Of a DNA stretch of 64,000 nucleotides, positions 24,301 through 34,270 are shown in pieces. Within the stretch, counting starts at the first letter, position 1; the number at the start of each line of letters is the position of its first letter. Under the pieces are notes generated by a model. The model was not told the origin of the DNA and did no database searches. It worked only from the letters and a program-made list of their open reading frames with translations. The translations under genes and the position numbers were made by a program. Source of the stretch: Bythopirellula sp. (GTDB taxonomy: Bacteria > Planctomycetota > Planctomycetia > Pirellulales > Lacipirellulaceae); assembly GCA_028285205.1 (NCBI GenBank), contig JANQQA010000294.1, forward strand, positions 2,021-66,020. The letters are read 5' to 3'.

Positions 24301-27128
24301 TCCGACTGCTTCGGCGGAACTTCAGTTGGCTCGCGCAGCAGCCACTCTTTGAACTGCTCGGTCGGCAAAGCTTGCGAAGCGGCTTCTGCTGCGTCGGCAT
24401 TCGAGTCAATCCCAGCGATCAGCATGTCCTCATACAGCGTGTCCATGCCCTTGAATTCGTCCACGCCATGATTCTTCATCGCATTAATGACACCACCGTA
24501 CTTCTTGCGAACCTCACGTTGTTCCGGAGTAAACTCGTTGTCCGCCATCGCCTTCATTTCGTCGTGGACGTCGTTGACCATCAGTTGCAATTCGACCGGG
24601 TCAATTCCTTCCGTGACTGCGCGCTTCAGGACTTTCGGAAGTGGTTGGGCCAGTTGGTTTGCTGCCTTGCTGACAAGCCGTCCCGTCTGGTCGTATTGCG
24701 GAGACGCAGCGGTTTCGTCAATCTCCCCAATCCGCTTCGGCGTCAAGTGATCAACGATGGCATCGGCCACAATATCTTTCCGCTTGGCTGACATGCCGGT
24801 GAGACCATACTCGCGAGCCAGCTTGTACAACTCACCGCGATCCATCTTCATCAGGCGTGCTTTTTCAGCCTGCGGGTCGAACACCGTCTGAGGCCCTTCA
24901 TACGGCAGTTCCACCCCAGCAGTGGACGGCGGCCGCTCTGTTACTCCAGCGGCCGCAGCAGGCATTTGCGGGCCTGTAACGGACGGCTGGGCGAATGTCT
25001 CGCCTTGTGCCCCCTGAATCGCCTGTGCGGTCTCTGGTGGCCCCTGTTGGGCTTGTGGGACCGCTCCTGATGTCCCGGTGTCCCGAACAGGCTCAACCGG
25101 GAATTGCGGCAAGCCAACGCGGTCATCTCCCGGTTGCACCCCCATCTTCCGCTGCAGGTCATCATTGAACTGGTACATGACGCCAGTGACGAATTTCGTG
25201 GCGTCTCGCACGACCCGTTCCCGGTGCAATGAACTGCCCACATTCGCCCGGTCCAGTCCGAGAATTCTGGTAAACGACTTACGAGAACCATCACTCATAG
25301 CCAATCGCAGCGCTTGCTTCGCTGTAAATGGCGTCCCGTCTGGCATGGCCAAGAGCCGCGATGCCACAACCGCACCCCGGTCTTGAACCGCATCACTGCC
25401 TGACAAGCCAGCCGCAACCTGGGTTACAGGCAGTGCACCAAACGCACCCGCCTGAATCAACAACTCTTCAATTGCCTTGGTTCTCTCTTTCTGGTTGCCG
25501 GTAAACAGTTTCTCAACGGGGCCAAAGTCTTCTTCGAGTCCGGTCGCCTTCCGCAGTGCGGCTCCAAGTTGTTCCTCACCTAACTCGGTGACAACATCAT
25601 TCAGACCACCCGCCGCGAGAACCTTCTTGGCGTACTGGGCTTCAGTGCGCCCTGCCACCTTGCCAAGCCACGCATTCTTCAGTTCAGACTGAACAGCGCG
25701 AACAACGGGGATTCGATTCAGTAGGTTTGCAGCAGGAGCGCTCACTCCAGCACCAGCCGATTCGGAAAACGCTTCGATTTGTGCGTCAACATATCCATGC
25801 AGCGCAGCTTGCTCGAAACTTTCGCCAGGATCGGCTACCACCAAGTCAGTCTGGTTGTCTACTGTTGCCGGAGACAGCGTCGGAATCATTCGCCGGGTTG
25901 CACCACTCACAAACTGAGTCGGGACAGCCATTCGTTGCGCACCGGCGAACGACTTGCCAAGCGCAGCGCCGCCCACTTTGGCTGCTTCTTTGAATGCTCC
26001 CTGAGTCGCCGCCTTCATCGCTGTTGCTGTTGCCGGGGCTGCTCCGCCTGTTGCGCCCATTTCAAACATGAACCCCGGCATCTGGAACGCTGTGTCGATG
26101 ATGCCAGTCAGGATGCGTTCGCCCGACGACTTGTCCTCACCGGCAAGCATCTGAGAACGAACAAGATGGCGGGCGTATCGTGCATAGTCCCTGCCAGTTG
26201 GCTCGACATCCGGGTCCATGATCGCAATCGCCGCATCACGAATCTGCTTGTTCTCCTCCGCTGCAAACAGGTGACGAGCCACTGGAATGTACCGCATCGG
26301 AGTATCGTTAATTGACGGCACGTAGTTTTTCTCTAACTTGCGCACCCATTCCGCCAACGTCCGCGCCCGTTCTGTCGCCTTGCTCTCTGCTGGAGTGTCT
26401 GCGCCTGTGCCGAGAATCGTATCGAGGTAATCCAGGTAGTCGCTGCCAGCAGGGCGATCTTGCTGTTCACCACCCATGCTCAACTGAATGCGACGGTCCT
26501 TTTCCTCTTGGAAACGTGCGGCACTCAACGGCTTCCATGCCTCGCGCGCTTTCTTGAATACGTCGGGCGTCCATTGCAGCGGGTCCGCACCATGCGTGTT
26601 CAGAATCGCCTCAATCGAGTCAGCGTGAAACATGGATGTATTGAACTGAGCATCACCCTGAACCTGCCCCTCACGCCGAAATACTGGAGCGTTCGTGCCG
26701 TCTCGGCCCCAGTCTGCGTACTTGTTGGCAATTCGGTCGATTTCACCAAATACATCGGCATATTGTTCTTGAGACAATGCCTCCTGTGGTCGTGGTCCAA
26801 CCATCGGTGACGCACCATATGCAGCCTCATTCGGTGCAGTCGAGACCCACTGTCGCGGTGTCTCCGGCATCACACCGGGGCCGAAGTCATTTACGGGTCC
26901 GCGAGGTGCCGTGGTGGACGGCATCGGCGGCATGATGCCAGGTTCTGACTGCTCGAAGCGGTTCAGTTCCTGCAACGGAACCGGTGGCTCGCTCACCTCT
27001 ATCGGTGGCTGGAACATCCCGTTCGACCCGAACATCTCATCGTACAGGTTGCCGAAAGAGCCGGTGCCACTTGTTGCAACCCCGGCCCCGAACAGTTCGT
27101 TGTAAATCTGGGAGTATTGCCCCATCAC
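21387..27128 (-). CDS. Giant (1913 aa) internal virion/ejection-like protein
   Basis: Last and largest gene of the virion operon, after two low-complexity proteins, in the position of T7 gp16-type proteins. Gly/Ala-rich segment ATGGAAPATATAMKAATQGAF. Confidence 0.9.
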   Translation of the reverse strand: MMGQYSQIYNELFGAGVATSGTGSFGNLYDEMFGSNGMFQPPIEVSEPPVPLQELNRFEQSEPGIMPPMPSTTAPRGPVNDFGPGVMPETPRQWVSTAPNEAAYGASPMVGPRPQEALSQEQYADVFGEIDRIANKYADWGRDGTNAPVFRREGQVQGDAQFNTSMFHADSIEAILNTHGADPLQWTPDVFKKAREAWKPLSAARFQEEKDRRIQLSMGGEQQDRPAGSDYLDYLDTILGTGADTPAESKATERARTLAEWVRKLEKNYVPSINDTPMRYIPVARHLFAAEENKQIRDAAIAIMDPDVEPTGRDYARYARHLVRSQMLAGEDKSSGERILTGIIDTAFQMPGFMFEMGATGGAAPATATAMKAATQGAFKEAAKVGGAALGKSFAGAQRMAVPTQFVSGATRRMIPTLSPATVDNQTDLVVADPGESFEQAALHGYVDAQIEAFSESAGAGVSAPAANLLNRIPVVRAVQSELKNAWLGKVAGRTEAQYAKKVLAAGGLNDVVTELGEEQLGAALRKATGLEEDFGPVEKLFTGNQKERTKAIEELLIQAGAFGALPVTQVAAGLSGSDAVQDRGAVVASRLLAMPDGTPFTAKQALRLAMSDGSRKSFTRILGLDRANVGSSLHRERVVRDATKFVTGVMYQFNDDLQRKMGVQPGDDRVGLPQFPVEPVRDTGTSGAVPQAQQGPPETAQAIQGAQGETFAQPSVTGPQMPAAAAGVTERPPSTAGVELPYEGPQTVFDPQAEKARLMKMDRGELYKLAREYGLTGMSAKRKDIVADAIVDHLTPKRIGEIDETAASPQYDQTGRLVSKAANQLAQPLPKVLKRAVTEGIDPVELQLMVNDVHDEMKAMADNEFTPEQREVRKKYGGVINAMKNHGVDEFKGMDTLYEDMLIAGIDSNADAAEAASQALPTEQFKEWLLREPTEVPPKQSDRVIDQAVERMLVSANAADESTEFPFGGGFGPDSIGAAQTRTGSLGDNEKDVLTSLQVMGVGRPDLQNPGTSSMSRAMIDEMDEDRKREFIAQSHQQWRDEAEKRLTTDMAAEEARLLERHANLEEMGGAEEKIAQQLVDRAMQQAFEPDTLNEADIARAKALHEAHRATRSDLARRLGSARDPVETPKDRAKRIISDALLSGSEGHRGAVDAANDRLKEARNEGNTKEIEAATSELEKLRKQWEDAFVTLKDRLEKSGYDLSQIDTIAEDPVRAQKLMNDIETLTEGKLGNMAYEYWRNSILSAVTTTGADIAGSGGFGAYVLFAERAAESLINKVGKQSDAATLSEFKDIVSGIGPGLRNGLKNALNAWRTEQPQLQHQLGEEVTGKFGSLRKYIPGKVGRAVRMLGYTRLMLVDEFTQTLVANMEVGAQARRLAIGRGIKSGTKEMNAAIQDMVEDTESEAWQKALEVARRVTFQQRGAPTTRKLKEAARAKQKVPGGRWILPFTETPLNIIETGLATSPLGIFNLASKWQQARKTGNYKGITKRSAQQLLAWSGLMLLMLLNDDDDPWITGAKGEKQYDSVRSRVAPPQSIKLGDQWYSYSRIEPFATGLSLTIDIMNALKSGSPRRMVSDPLESSYRILSNKSYLKGLGDIAKIGEYGVIEGGAKWASNFSASWVPNIVRHGVKNTTDTLPERRVWGQADSEFLRVAAKRAAQKTEIPQLFGVLQDVPKYDVWGETLKRNTSPVPMTDFVFRMVAPTQTKTAEPFIGDRVLMRWNMLHPDDEKNPSLPAKFFTVNGKKKHLSEDEYGEYLRLSGQIAKKRLLLLNLNADRPTERDVKLIEDTLSASRKLAKQHVLAGKTDIDTGEAAAELHKTTIGKELYSASGPGSTENSEKQAMKSADFVKSLDLKPDDAVKQLEQHMLSDLNERRRKKGAKSDLKKMPFGVRKYKTTVDTYKERRKRLLERIQ

Positions 27129-28537
27129 ATTCCCGATTGACCAAGAACTTGAAGTGCGCTGTGAATTTCTCGCATCGCCGCCACGTCGTTTCTACGACTG
27201 GCATCAGCGTATGCGGCAGCGATGCCCTGCTGGCCGCCATAGCGAGCCACCACCCGTTGCGCTTCCGTAATGCCCATTGGTGCCTGTGGTGGTTGCGCGC
27301 TTTGAAGACTGCTGATCTGCGAAGCCGAATACGGATGAAGCTGTGCGTATTCTTGTTCAGCGTATTGCCGCATTTGCGCCTGGCTTGGCGGCGAGGCACC
27401 AAACGACAGGTCGTAATTGATGCCGTTATCAGGCTCGGAATACTGCTGCATCCGGTCAACGACCCACTTCTCCTTGGAAGTCATCAGTCGTGACAGGTGG
27501 TCTTGTCCAGAATTGTACGCCTTCAGATTCTCTCCATATGTGTCGTATGGAGCCATCGCCAACTTCTGCTGCAACGCCAAGTCACCGCGGGCCTGAATCT
27601 GCTGCAACCCGCTTTCTGTAAACGTGGCTTGCCCTGTTGCCGGATCGAGTTGGAAGTACCCGCCGTTTCCGGGCATAAACTGCCCCTCGACCGCCTGCCG
27701 CAGTTTCACCGATGGCGGAACTTCACTCGGCGTAATCATCGCCTGTTCCTGCTGCATCTGTGCAACCAACGCCTGCTTGTATGCCGGGCTGAGATTCGTC
27801 CCCTGAATCTTCTGAATGTTCGTCTGGAGTTGATCGTATTGAGCTTGCTGTTGCGGGTTGTACTGATACCCCTGTTCTCGCAACTGCAGGTTGTTCGCAA
27901 TCTGGTATTGCTGCGCCCGAATCGGTGCGGTGGCATACGCCTCCTGTATGCCAAGTTGAGACCGCTGTGATTGAAGTTGAGCCGACTGAACAGCACGCTG
28001 CTGCTGTAGTTGAGCATTGATGAGTCCCTGTTGGCGGGACTGTTGTGCGGCAATCTGCGCCCCAAGTACCTGCTGTTGCTGCGCTGCCGCGATCTTTTGC
28101 TGTTGCAGAAACTGCTCGTTCGCCAGCCCCGCTGTGAATCGAGCGTTCTGATTGTTTTCACTGAACTGCAACCGGGCGTTCTGATTGATTTCGCCTACGT
28201 GCTGCCGCCAGTTTGTTTGTCCCTCGGAAAAAGCAAGCTGGCGATTTGCGTTTTCCAATCGCTCCCGACGATCCTGATCCGCTTCACGAATGCCGCGCTG
28301 ATTGATGACATCCTGAAACGCGATCTCTCGCTGCTGGATGCGGTCACGTTGCACGACTTCTTGGCGGGCAATTTCGTTGCGCTCGGCTTCAAGTTGCAAG
28401 CCCTGCTGCGCTTGGTTCAGTTGCTGCTGTCGCTGGTCAAGGGACTGGAGGTATTGGTTATACTGTCCGGCTCCGGCGGCATACGCAGCGCGACCCTGTG
28501 CAATCGGGTTGACGTTGTGTGTGACGGTAATAGGCAT
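27125..28537 (-). CDS. Gln-rich coiled-coil internal virion-like protein
   Basis: 470 aa, extremely Q-rich, with an ATGA overlap to the downstream gene. Confidence 0.85.
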   Translation of the reverse strand: MPITVTHNVNPIAQGRAAYAAGAGQYNQYLQSLDQRQQQLNQAQQGLQLEAERNEIARQEVVQRDRIQQREIAFQDVINQRGIREADQDRRERLENANRQLAFSEGQTNWRQHVGEINQNARLQFSENNQNARFTAGLANEQFLQQQKIAAAQQQQVLGAQIAAQQSRQQGLINAQLQQQRAVQSAQLQSQRSQLGIQEAYATAPIRAQQYQIANNLQLREQGYQYNPQQQAQYDQLQTNIQKIQGTNLSPAYKQALVAQMQQEQAMITPSEVPPSVKLRQAVEGQFMPGNGGYFQLDPATGQATFTESGLQQIQARGDLALQQKLAMAPYDTYGENLKAYNSGQDHLSRLMTSKEKWVVDRMQQYSEPDNGINYDLSFGASPPSQAQMRQYAEQEYAQLHPYSASQISSLQSAQPPQAPMGITEAQRVVARYGGQQGIAAAYADASRRNDVAAMREIHSALQVLGQSGM

Positions 28538-28540
28538 CGC

Positions 28541-30979
28541 TTACGTCCTGTAACCTCCGCGAGAAGTTCCAGACTGCACAAAGTTCGTCTTGGGCTGCTG
28601 CATGTACTGCTGCTGCAACTGTTGGGCCTGCGCCGCCCGCGCTGATGGATCACCCCAGTTCATGCCGGTCTGGTATGTCGGGTAGTTCTGCGGTTCCTGA
28701 AACGCAGGACTCGCCGTGAACTGCGGCTGCTGGTTCACAGGGGCCATCATGGTCAAGTTGCCGGATGGGGCAGCCTCTGGCTTATGTGCTTGACCCGCAT
28801 ACGCAGGCTGCGGAGCGGACGCGACAGCGTTGTAGGTGCCTGTCCCGTAATTCGGCTGAACTGACTGATGCGGCATTGACTGCTGTTGAACAGGCCCGGC
28901 AGCAGACATCATGCCGCTGTCCGACGTGAGGGGGGTGTAGCCATCCCGGTCTTGTGCCCGCACAAAACTACCGTCCGAGTAGATGGGACGGCCTTGTTCG
29001 TCTTGCGAGATGAATTGCGACCCCCCTGTACCCGTCGCGACTCGCGGGCCAGTGGCCCTTTGCTGGTTGGCCACTGGCTGTTGTTGTTGCGACATCAGCG
29101 CGTCTGACTGTGCACGAACTTCCGCAACAGATGGCTGATACGCCTGCGACGCTCCAGTCTCACCGCCAGGTGCCTGAGCCGATGGAACAAACGCCTGTCC
29201 TTGTGCGTACTGGGATGTGTTGACCGCACCGGGAACAAACGCTTGGCCCTGTGCATACTGATTCGGCGGCATTTGCCCAATCGCGCTCTGGGCTGTTGGT
29301 GTCTGATATGCCCCCGTACCCGCCTGTGGCGTGCCTGCTCCAGTCTGAGGCCCAGTTCCCGCTTGCGGAATCCCTGTGTAACCCGCTGTCCCGTACGTCC
29401 CCTGTGTCGCACCGCTGGCCCCAGCGTTCCCCTGCGGCAAACCCGCCGGTGTCCCCTGTGCGAAACCGGATTGACCCAGTTGATACAATAAATCTTGGTA
29501 CGCCTGTTCGTTTGGGCCGATGTCGTTGCGGCGTTCCATGAACGCGAGCGTGTCGCCACTCAACGCCGAACCCACATTGACCCGCTCTCTGGCAAGACCT
29601 TCTTCTACGCGGGCCAATGCGCGCGACCGATCTTCCGCGACACCGCGCATATCAGACGAAGCAATCGTCGTGTTGGCCAACCCGCGTTGCGTTCGGTTCT
29701 GTAGTTGATCCGCAGCCAATTGGTCGTAGATGCGATTCGCATCGTATCGCTGCTGCTCACCAAGCCCTGCCAACTCACCCATGCCGAACTGAGTTCGCTG
29801 GTTATACCCTGCCAGAATATCAGCGTACCGGCGTTCGTTGATCTGGTCTGACAGGTTGTCAGCGTCCTGAAACGCATACATCAGGTTGTCGGCAACTTGC
29901 GGGGTGTTGACGCCACCGGGTCCGCTCGTCGAACCCGGCCCGGTTGACGGTTGCCCGCTGGTGATGGGGCCACCCGCGCCGAGGTCAGTCACACCGCCGG
30001 TCTGTGACGTATCGTTGAAATTCGCCGTGCCGAAGTTGTCGTTGAACGGCAGAACGTCATCGCTTCCGCTGGTCGGGATGCTGTCGGCACCAGTCGAGCC
30101 GGGAGGCAATCCGAGCGTATTGGTCGCACCGTTGGCCGCTGCCTGATTGATTGACCCTGCTTGCGGTGAACCGGGTCCGAATGGAACACCGCCACCCCCG
30201 CCGCTTGTCGCGACGTAAGGGGACGAACCAAAACCGCTGGTTGCGCCGGGATACCCGCCTAGACCTGCGCCGGGGTATCCACCGAGACCTGTTCCCGCGT
30301 TGTTCTGTAGTGTCAGGAAGTCAAACATGTTGGTGCCGTTGGCCAGTGCGTTTTGGTACGACTGATCCCCAACGGCATCCCGATACGCTTGGTTCTCTGG
30401 CGAGTAATAACGTCGCCGTAGTTCTTGCTGTGCCTGTTCGGCGGTGACGCTAGGGTTAGTTCTTTCACCACCAGCAATGGCCCGCAAATCGCTTTCACTC
30501 AGGCTTGATCCGATTCCTCCCGACTGCTCATATCTCTGCAACAGTCGTTGGTATTCCGCCAAATCCTCCGCTGGCAACGTACCTCCATTTCTTCGCTTAT
30601 CGGCATTTAATCGGCCAAGCAAATCAATTTCACTCTGATTCAACGGATTGCCAGAGGGAGGTGCAGATAGATTTGGAACCGGGGCATCGACAGGGGTATT
30701 GGCGTCTGTGGTTGCTCCGGGAGCGTTCGTAGACGTCTGGTTTATCAGCGGCAATGTCGTCTGGGGGCCGGTGTTGGCCACCGTAGCAGGAACCGAACCT
30801 CCATTCGCATCAATCGTCCCGACGCTATTGTGGTCAGTCGGTGCTGCACTTTGGGCCTGTAGATATTCCAGCACGCGACCAACAACATCCGACTCTTCGG
30901 GTGTCAGTTGCTCGGTCGGCTTATTCTGAAGCAAGGCGTACTGGTCCAAGTCCGCCTGCGTGACTTGCTGTGGCATCAC
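28541..30979 (-). CDS. Low-complexity (G/Q/P/T-rich) internal virion-like protein
   Basis: 812 aa with a GTG-ATG start and GGAG upstream. Confidence 0.85.
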   Translation of the reverse strand: MMPQQVTQADLDQYALLQNKPTEQLTPEESDVVGRVLEYLQAQSAAPTDHNSVGTIDANGGSVPATVANTGPQTTLPLINQTSTNAPGATTDANTPVDAPVPNLSAPPSGNPLNQSEIDLLGRLNADKRRNGGTLPAEDLAEYQRLLQRYEQSGGIGSSLSESDLRAIAGGERTNPSVTAEQAQQELRRRYYSPENQAYRDAVGDQSYQNALANGTNMFDFLTLQNNAGTGLGGYPGAGLGGYPGATSGFGSSPYVATSGGGGGVPFGPGSPQAGSINQAAANGATNTLGLPPGSTGADSIPTSGSDDVLPFNDNFGTANFNDTSQTGGVTDLGAGGPITSGQPSTGPGSTSGPGGVNTPQVADNLMYAFQDADNLSDQINERRYADILAGYNQRTQFGMGELAGLGEQQRYDANRIYDQLAADQLQNRTQRGLANTTIASSDMRGVAEDRSRALARVEEGLARERVNVGSALSGDTLAFMERRNDIGPNEQAYQDLLYQLGQSGFAQGTPAGLPQGNAGASGATQGTYGTAGYTGIPQAGTGPQTGAGTPQAGTGAYQTPTAQSAIGQMPPNQYAQGQAFVPGAVNTSQYAQGQAFVPSAQAPGGETGASQAYQPSVAEVRAQSDALMSQQQQPVANQQRATGPRVATGTGGSQFISQDEQGRPIYSDGSFVRAQDRDGYTPLTSDSGMMSAAGPVQQQSMPHQSVQPNYGTGTYNAVASAPQPAYAGQAHKPEAAPSGNLTMMAPVNQQPQFTASPAFQEPQNYPTYQTGMNWGDPSARAAQAQQLQQQYMQQPKTNFVQSGTSRGGYRT

Positions 30980-32559
30980 AATCTCCTCTGTGCACTACGG
31001 CCTGCTTGACGCATCGCCACTCGCATCGTTTCCAAAGACCACGTTTCCGATGCTGTTGAATTCGACAGCTTGAAGTACGCCGAGTTACCAAACCCGCTCC
31101 GCCGTATCGAAGCATTCCGCCCCGCCGACACCGTGTAGCTCCATAGCGCCGTACTGTTAAACGCCGTCTCTGCCGAGTTGTCGATGAACGGCTGGAACGT
31201 TACGTTATTCGACCCGGAACCCAGCAACACCTGTGTCTCGTGCAGCTTGAAGGCGTCGTTTCCTTTCGACATCATCGGCCCCATCGTCACCGACGACGAG
31301 ATCGCCGTGTTGTCCGAATCGTCGTCGTTCGTCGCACCATAGACCTGCGCCCGCACGCGACCATCCTGTCCGCCAACCACAATCACACGGTCGGTGGGGT
31401 CGTCCCCGTCCAATGTGTGGACGGCCGTGGGATTCAGGTTGTTGTCACCAAACGACATGGGCCAGAATGCATCCGCCCGCACGTCGTAGGCGTAATGCGT
31501 TGAAGCAGAGTTATCGAGGGGGGTGATGAAGATCAGCACGTGCTGCAACCGATCCTCCCACACCAGACGAATCACCGTGTTTGACACATCCACGTCGGCC
31601 AACTGTTCGTCGGTCTTGTTGGCCGAGATTCGCTGTGGCTCACCACCCGGCGCAATCGCGTAGATGCCTCCGCGCGACCCGAAGAAGTAAACAATGCCGT
31701 CTGGTGTCTGACACCACGCTCTCCCCCAGGCAATCCCCGTGATGTTGGTGATTAGGTCCAGGTGCCCGCCGTACAACGGGTCGCCCGTCATTTGGTAGAT
31801 GGAATGGTCGCCGCCAAACCACAGCATGTCGTCGCGATACGGAATAATCGCCGTGATGATGTCGGGACACATGCCGACCGTGGAGTTGTTGCCCGCCACC
31901 GCCATCGTGGAGACGATGGGATCGACACCGTAGTTCCAATCAGTCGGATCGCCCAACGCACTCATAAACCAGTTGGTCGGATCGCTCTTGATACCCGCCA
32001 AAACGATGCGGTCCCGCCACTCCGCAATCAGACGCGGCTTGTCAGACCCGTTGGCTGGGATCGTTCCGGCAGATGCGGTCCATGCCGAAACAGTTCCTGT
32101 GTCCGCGTCGAAATACTTGTAGTTCGTGCCGTCCGCGTAATAGATGTCGCAGCCCAGATAGACTGTTGAATCGATGAACGGGGCGGACGAATCAAACGCA
32201 CCAGAGCCGTTCGTAGCGGTCGTGTAGGACGTGGCGGGAATCGCGGTGTATTTCACCGTTCCGTTCGAGACCACGACCATTCGTAGGGTGCGGTACGCCA
32301 GCGAGGTAGATGCCGTCGCAGCAGTGGACGGGTAGGAAATGTGATTGATGTCCTGAATCTGATTGGAACCATCAACCTGTGCGTTGGGGTATCTGGAATA
32401 ACCCCACCGTTGAGCGATGCGCGCCCTGCCTGTTTGCGGGTCACGACCCAAGACGTTTGATGCGTCTACGCACGTTCCCCGGCGCTGACCGTGATAGCTC
32501 GCGTCAGTCGAATATCCCCCAAAGGGGATCGGAACGTCTTGAAGTGGTAGCTTTCGCAC
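30976..32559 (-). CDS. Large tail/nozzle-like structural protein
   Basis: 527 aa, beta-rich, GTG start. Its position matches podovirus tail tubular B. Confidence 0.8.
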   Translation of the reverse strand: MRKLPLQDVPIPFGGYSTDASYHGQRRGTCVDASNVLGRDPQTGRARIAQRWGYSRYPNAQVDGSNQIQDINHISYPSTAATASTSLAYRTLRMVVVSNGTVKYTAIPATSYTTATNGSGAFDSSAPFIDSTVYLGCDIYYADGTNYKYFDADTGTVSAWTASAGTIPANGSDKPRLIAEWRDRIVLAGIKSDPTNWFMSALGDPTDWNYGVDPIVSTMAVAGNNSTVGMCPDIITAIIPYRDDMLWFGGDHSIYQMTGDPLYGGHLDLITNITGIAWGRAWCQTPDGIVYFFGSRGGIYAIAPGGEPQRISANKTDEQLADVDVSNTVIRLVWEDRLQHVLIFITPLDNSASTHYAYDVRADAFWPMSFGDNNLNPTAVHTLDGDDPTDRVIVVGGQDGRVRAQVYGATNDDDSDNTAISSSVTMGPMMSKGNDAFKLHETQVLLGSGSNNVTFQPFIDNSAETAFNSTALWSYTVSAGRNASIRRSGFGNSAYFKLSNSTASETWSLETMRVAMRQAGRSAQRRL

Positions 32560-32580
32560 ACATTGCCGCCGACCCTCTCG

Positions 32581-33018
32581 CTAGGTCATAGCAACGACTC
32601 GCACTTTCGCCGTACTGCCACTGGAGTTCTTGACGTTAAACCTCTCCAGCACATCACTGGTTCCGTCAAACAGGTCAACCGACCCATTGCTTGCCAATGC
32701 CGTATCATTCCCCAACAAGTATGGAAAACCAGCCGTAAGCGTCTTCACCAAGTATGCTTCACCATTGTTTCCGTCGTCGTCAACAACCTCTTGCAAAAGC
32801 ACGCCCGTCTGGTTCGCTTCTATCCACAGGAAGTCAATGTCGGAAATGTCCTCATCTACGTCAAAGAGCTTTTGCGATCCGTTATTAGCAACCGAAAACA
32901 CCTGATCGTGAACAACACCATCAATCGTAATCGACACAGGTGTAGACAGGCTGCCACCCGTCTTCCGCTCACCATCAATGGTGGTTTCCCAGTAGCAGTA
33001 CAGATCAATCGTTGCCAT
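32581..33018 (-). CDS. Virion structural protein (unknown role)
   Basis: 145-aa ORF in the structural block. Confidence 0.75.
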   Translation of the reverse strand: MATIDLYCYWETTIDGERKTGGSLSTPVSITIDGVVHDQVFSVANNGSQKLFDVDEDISDIDFLWIEANQTGVLLQEVVDDDGNNGEAYLVKTLTAGFPYLLGNDTALASNGSVDLFDGTSDVLERFNVKNSSGSTAKVRVVAMT

Positions 33019-33085
33019 AGCATACCCCAGACGCCATTGACAGCGGGCCGACGCTTAACGACGGCCCACTGCCTATGACGCTCCA

Positions 33086-33673
33086 TTAGCTGGCCTGAGT
33101 AACCGTGATGCCGCCGTCAGCGTTCGCTTGACCGGTCAGATACCAACTTGTGCCATCGCTGATTAGTTCGCACCAGTCACCCACCACAGCCAAGCTGGCA
33201 ACAAACGTGATCGTGTCCGCCGCCGCCGAGTAAGGCCCATCGTTGGCGGTGTCCACTTCCAACTCGTTGATACCACCGATGATGATGTTGGCCGAACTCG
33301 CCGTGACGATCGTATACGACGCACCCGAAGGAGCAGCCTTGCAGATGAACTTGAATCGCAACCCGGCAGCGGGCGAAGGCAACGTAGTTGCAAATTCAGT
33401 GGCCGAGTTCAAAAACAGCGTCTTGCCGCTGTCCGCTGCCGTCAACGTATTCGTCGCCGTCAAATCTGCAACATTGGCTGATTCGTCGCAGTGCTGGTTG
33501 ATTTCGGCAGCAGTCGCAGTCACGCCGTCCATGATGTTGAGTTCTGCGGCAGTTGACGTAACTGCCGTGCCGCCAATTTTCCACGAACCCGTCAGGTCGA
33601 GTGTGGCAGCCAGGTCAACTTCATCACTGGAAGTCAACGCCTCCAACAGCCGTTCAATGTTACGTGCGCCCAT
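33086..33673 (-). CDS. Fibre/decoration-like structural protein
   Basis: ATG 33673. The motif AAELNIMDGVTATAAEIN is common in phage fibre-type proteins. Confidence 0.75.
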   Translation of the reverse strand: MGARNIERLLEALTSSDEVDLAATLDLTGSWKIGGTAVTSTAAELNIMDGVTATAAEINQHCDESANVADLTATNTLTAADSGKTLFLNSATEFATTLPSPAAGLRFKFICKAAPSGASYTIVTASSANIIIGGINELEVDTANDGPYSAAADTITFVASLAVVGDWCELISDGTSWYLTGQANADGGITVTQAS

Positions 33674-33761
33674 GATTTTACATCCTTTCTTGGATGGCCT
33701 CACCAGCCTTGCGGCCCCCATCTCTACAGGGTGAAACGTCGGTGAGAAGACGGTCTCTCGC

Positions 33762-34265
33762 TTACATGAATCGATACAAAGCATTCATCGCAGCCGCCCC
33801 GGTGGAATCGAAATCAAGCTCAATCTTTCGCACACCCTGCGTAGGAACTTCAATCTGGGCCGATGCCAGATCACTTGTCGGAGACCGCAGCGTATGCCCC
33901 GCTCCATCCACAACACTCGTCACCGTGTCGCACAGAAAGTGGTTCGTTCCTTTGGCCGCGTATGACACGTTGCCCAGAGTGCACGCCACACCGGACAGCA
34001 AGCGGGGAATCCAGATGCTGTCGGATTCGTCCTGAGTCCAGCCCCAAATCCGCATCGCAAATGTTTCGTTCGCCGCATCCGTCCCATACGGGACTACGAC
34101 GAGCGTTTCAGGGACTTCGTAGGTTGTGCGAACACCGATTGCCGTGAAGTCCAGCACCCCCGTACCGCTCGGCTCGGTCGCAGTCGGAGTCTTGGCCGTG
34201 AATGCCGTAGACGTGCTGTTGCTCGATAACACGTCTCTGAACAAGAACGATTTCACCTGCGCCAT
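33762..34265 (-). CDS. Virion structural protein (unknown role)
   Basis: ATG 34265 with GAGGG 9 nt upstream. Confidence 0.75.
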   Translation of the reverse strand: MAQVKSFLFRDVLSSNSTSTAFTAKTPTATEPSGTGVLDFTAIGVRTTYEVPETLVVVPYGTDAANETFAMRIWGWTQDESDSIWIPRLLSGVACTLGNVSYAAKGTNHFLCDTVTSVVDGAGHTLRSPTSDLASAQIEVPTQGVRKIELDFDSTGAAAMNALYRFM

Positions 34266-34270
34266 CAGAC

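Noticed and set aside
23871-24791. Several long plus-strand ORFs (for example 21531..22361, 23871..24791 and 25779..26315) lie inside the 1913-aa gene.
   Set aside because: They are antisense shadow ORFs of a long GC-rich gene. Their translations are R/L/H/C-rich nonsense with no RBS or operon logic.
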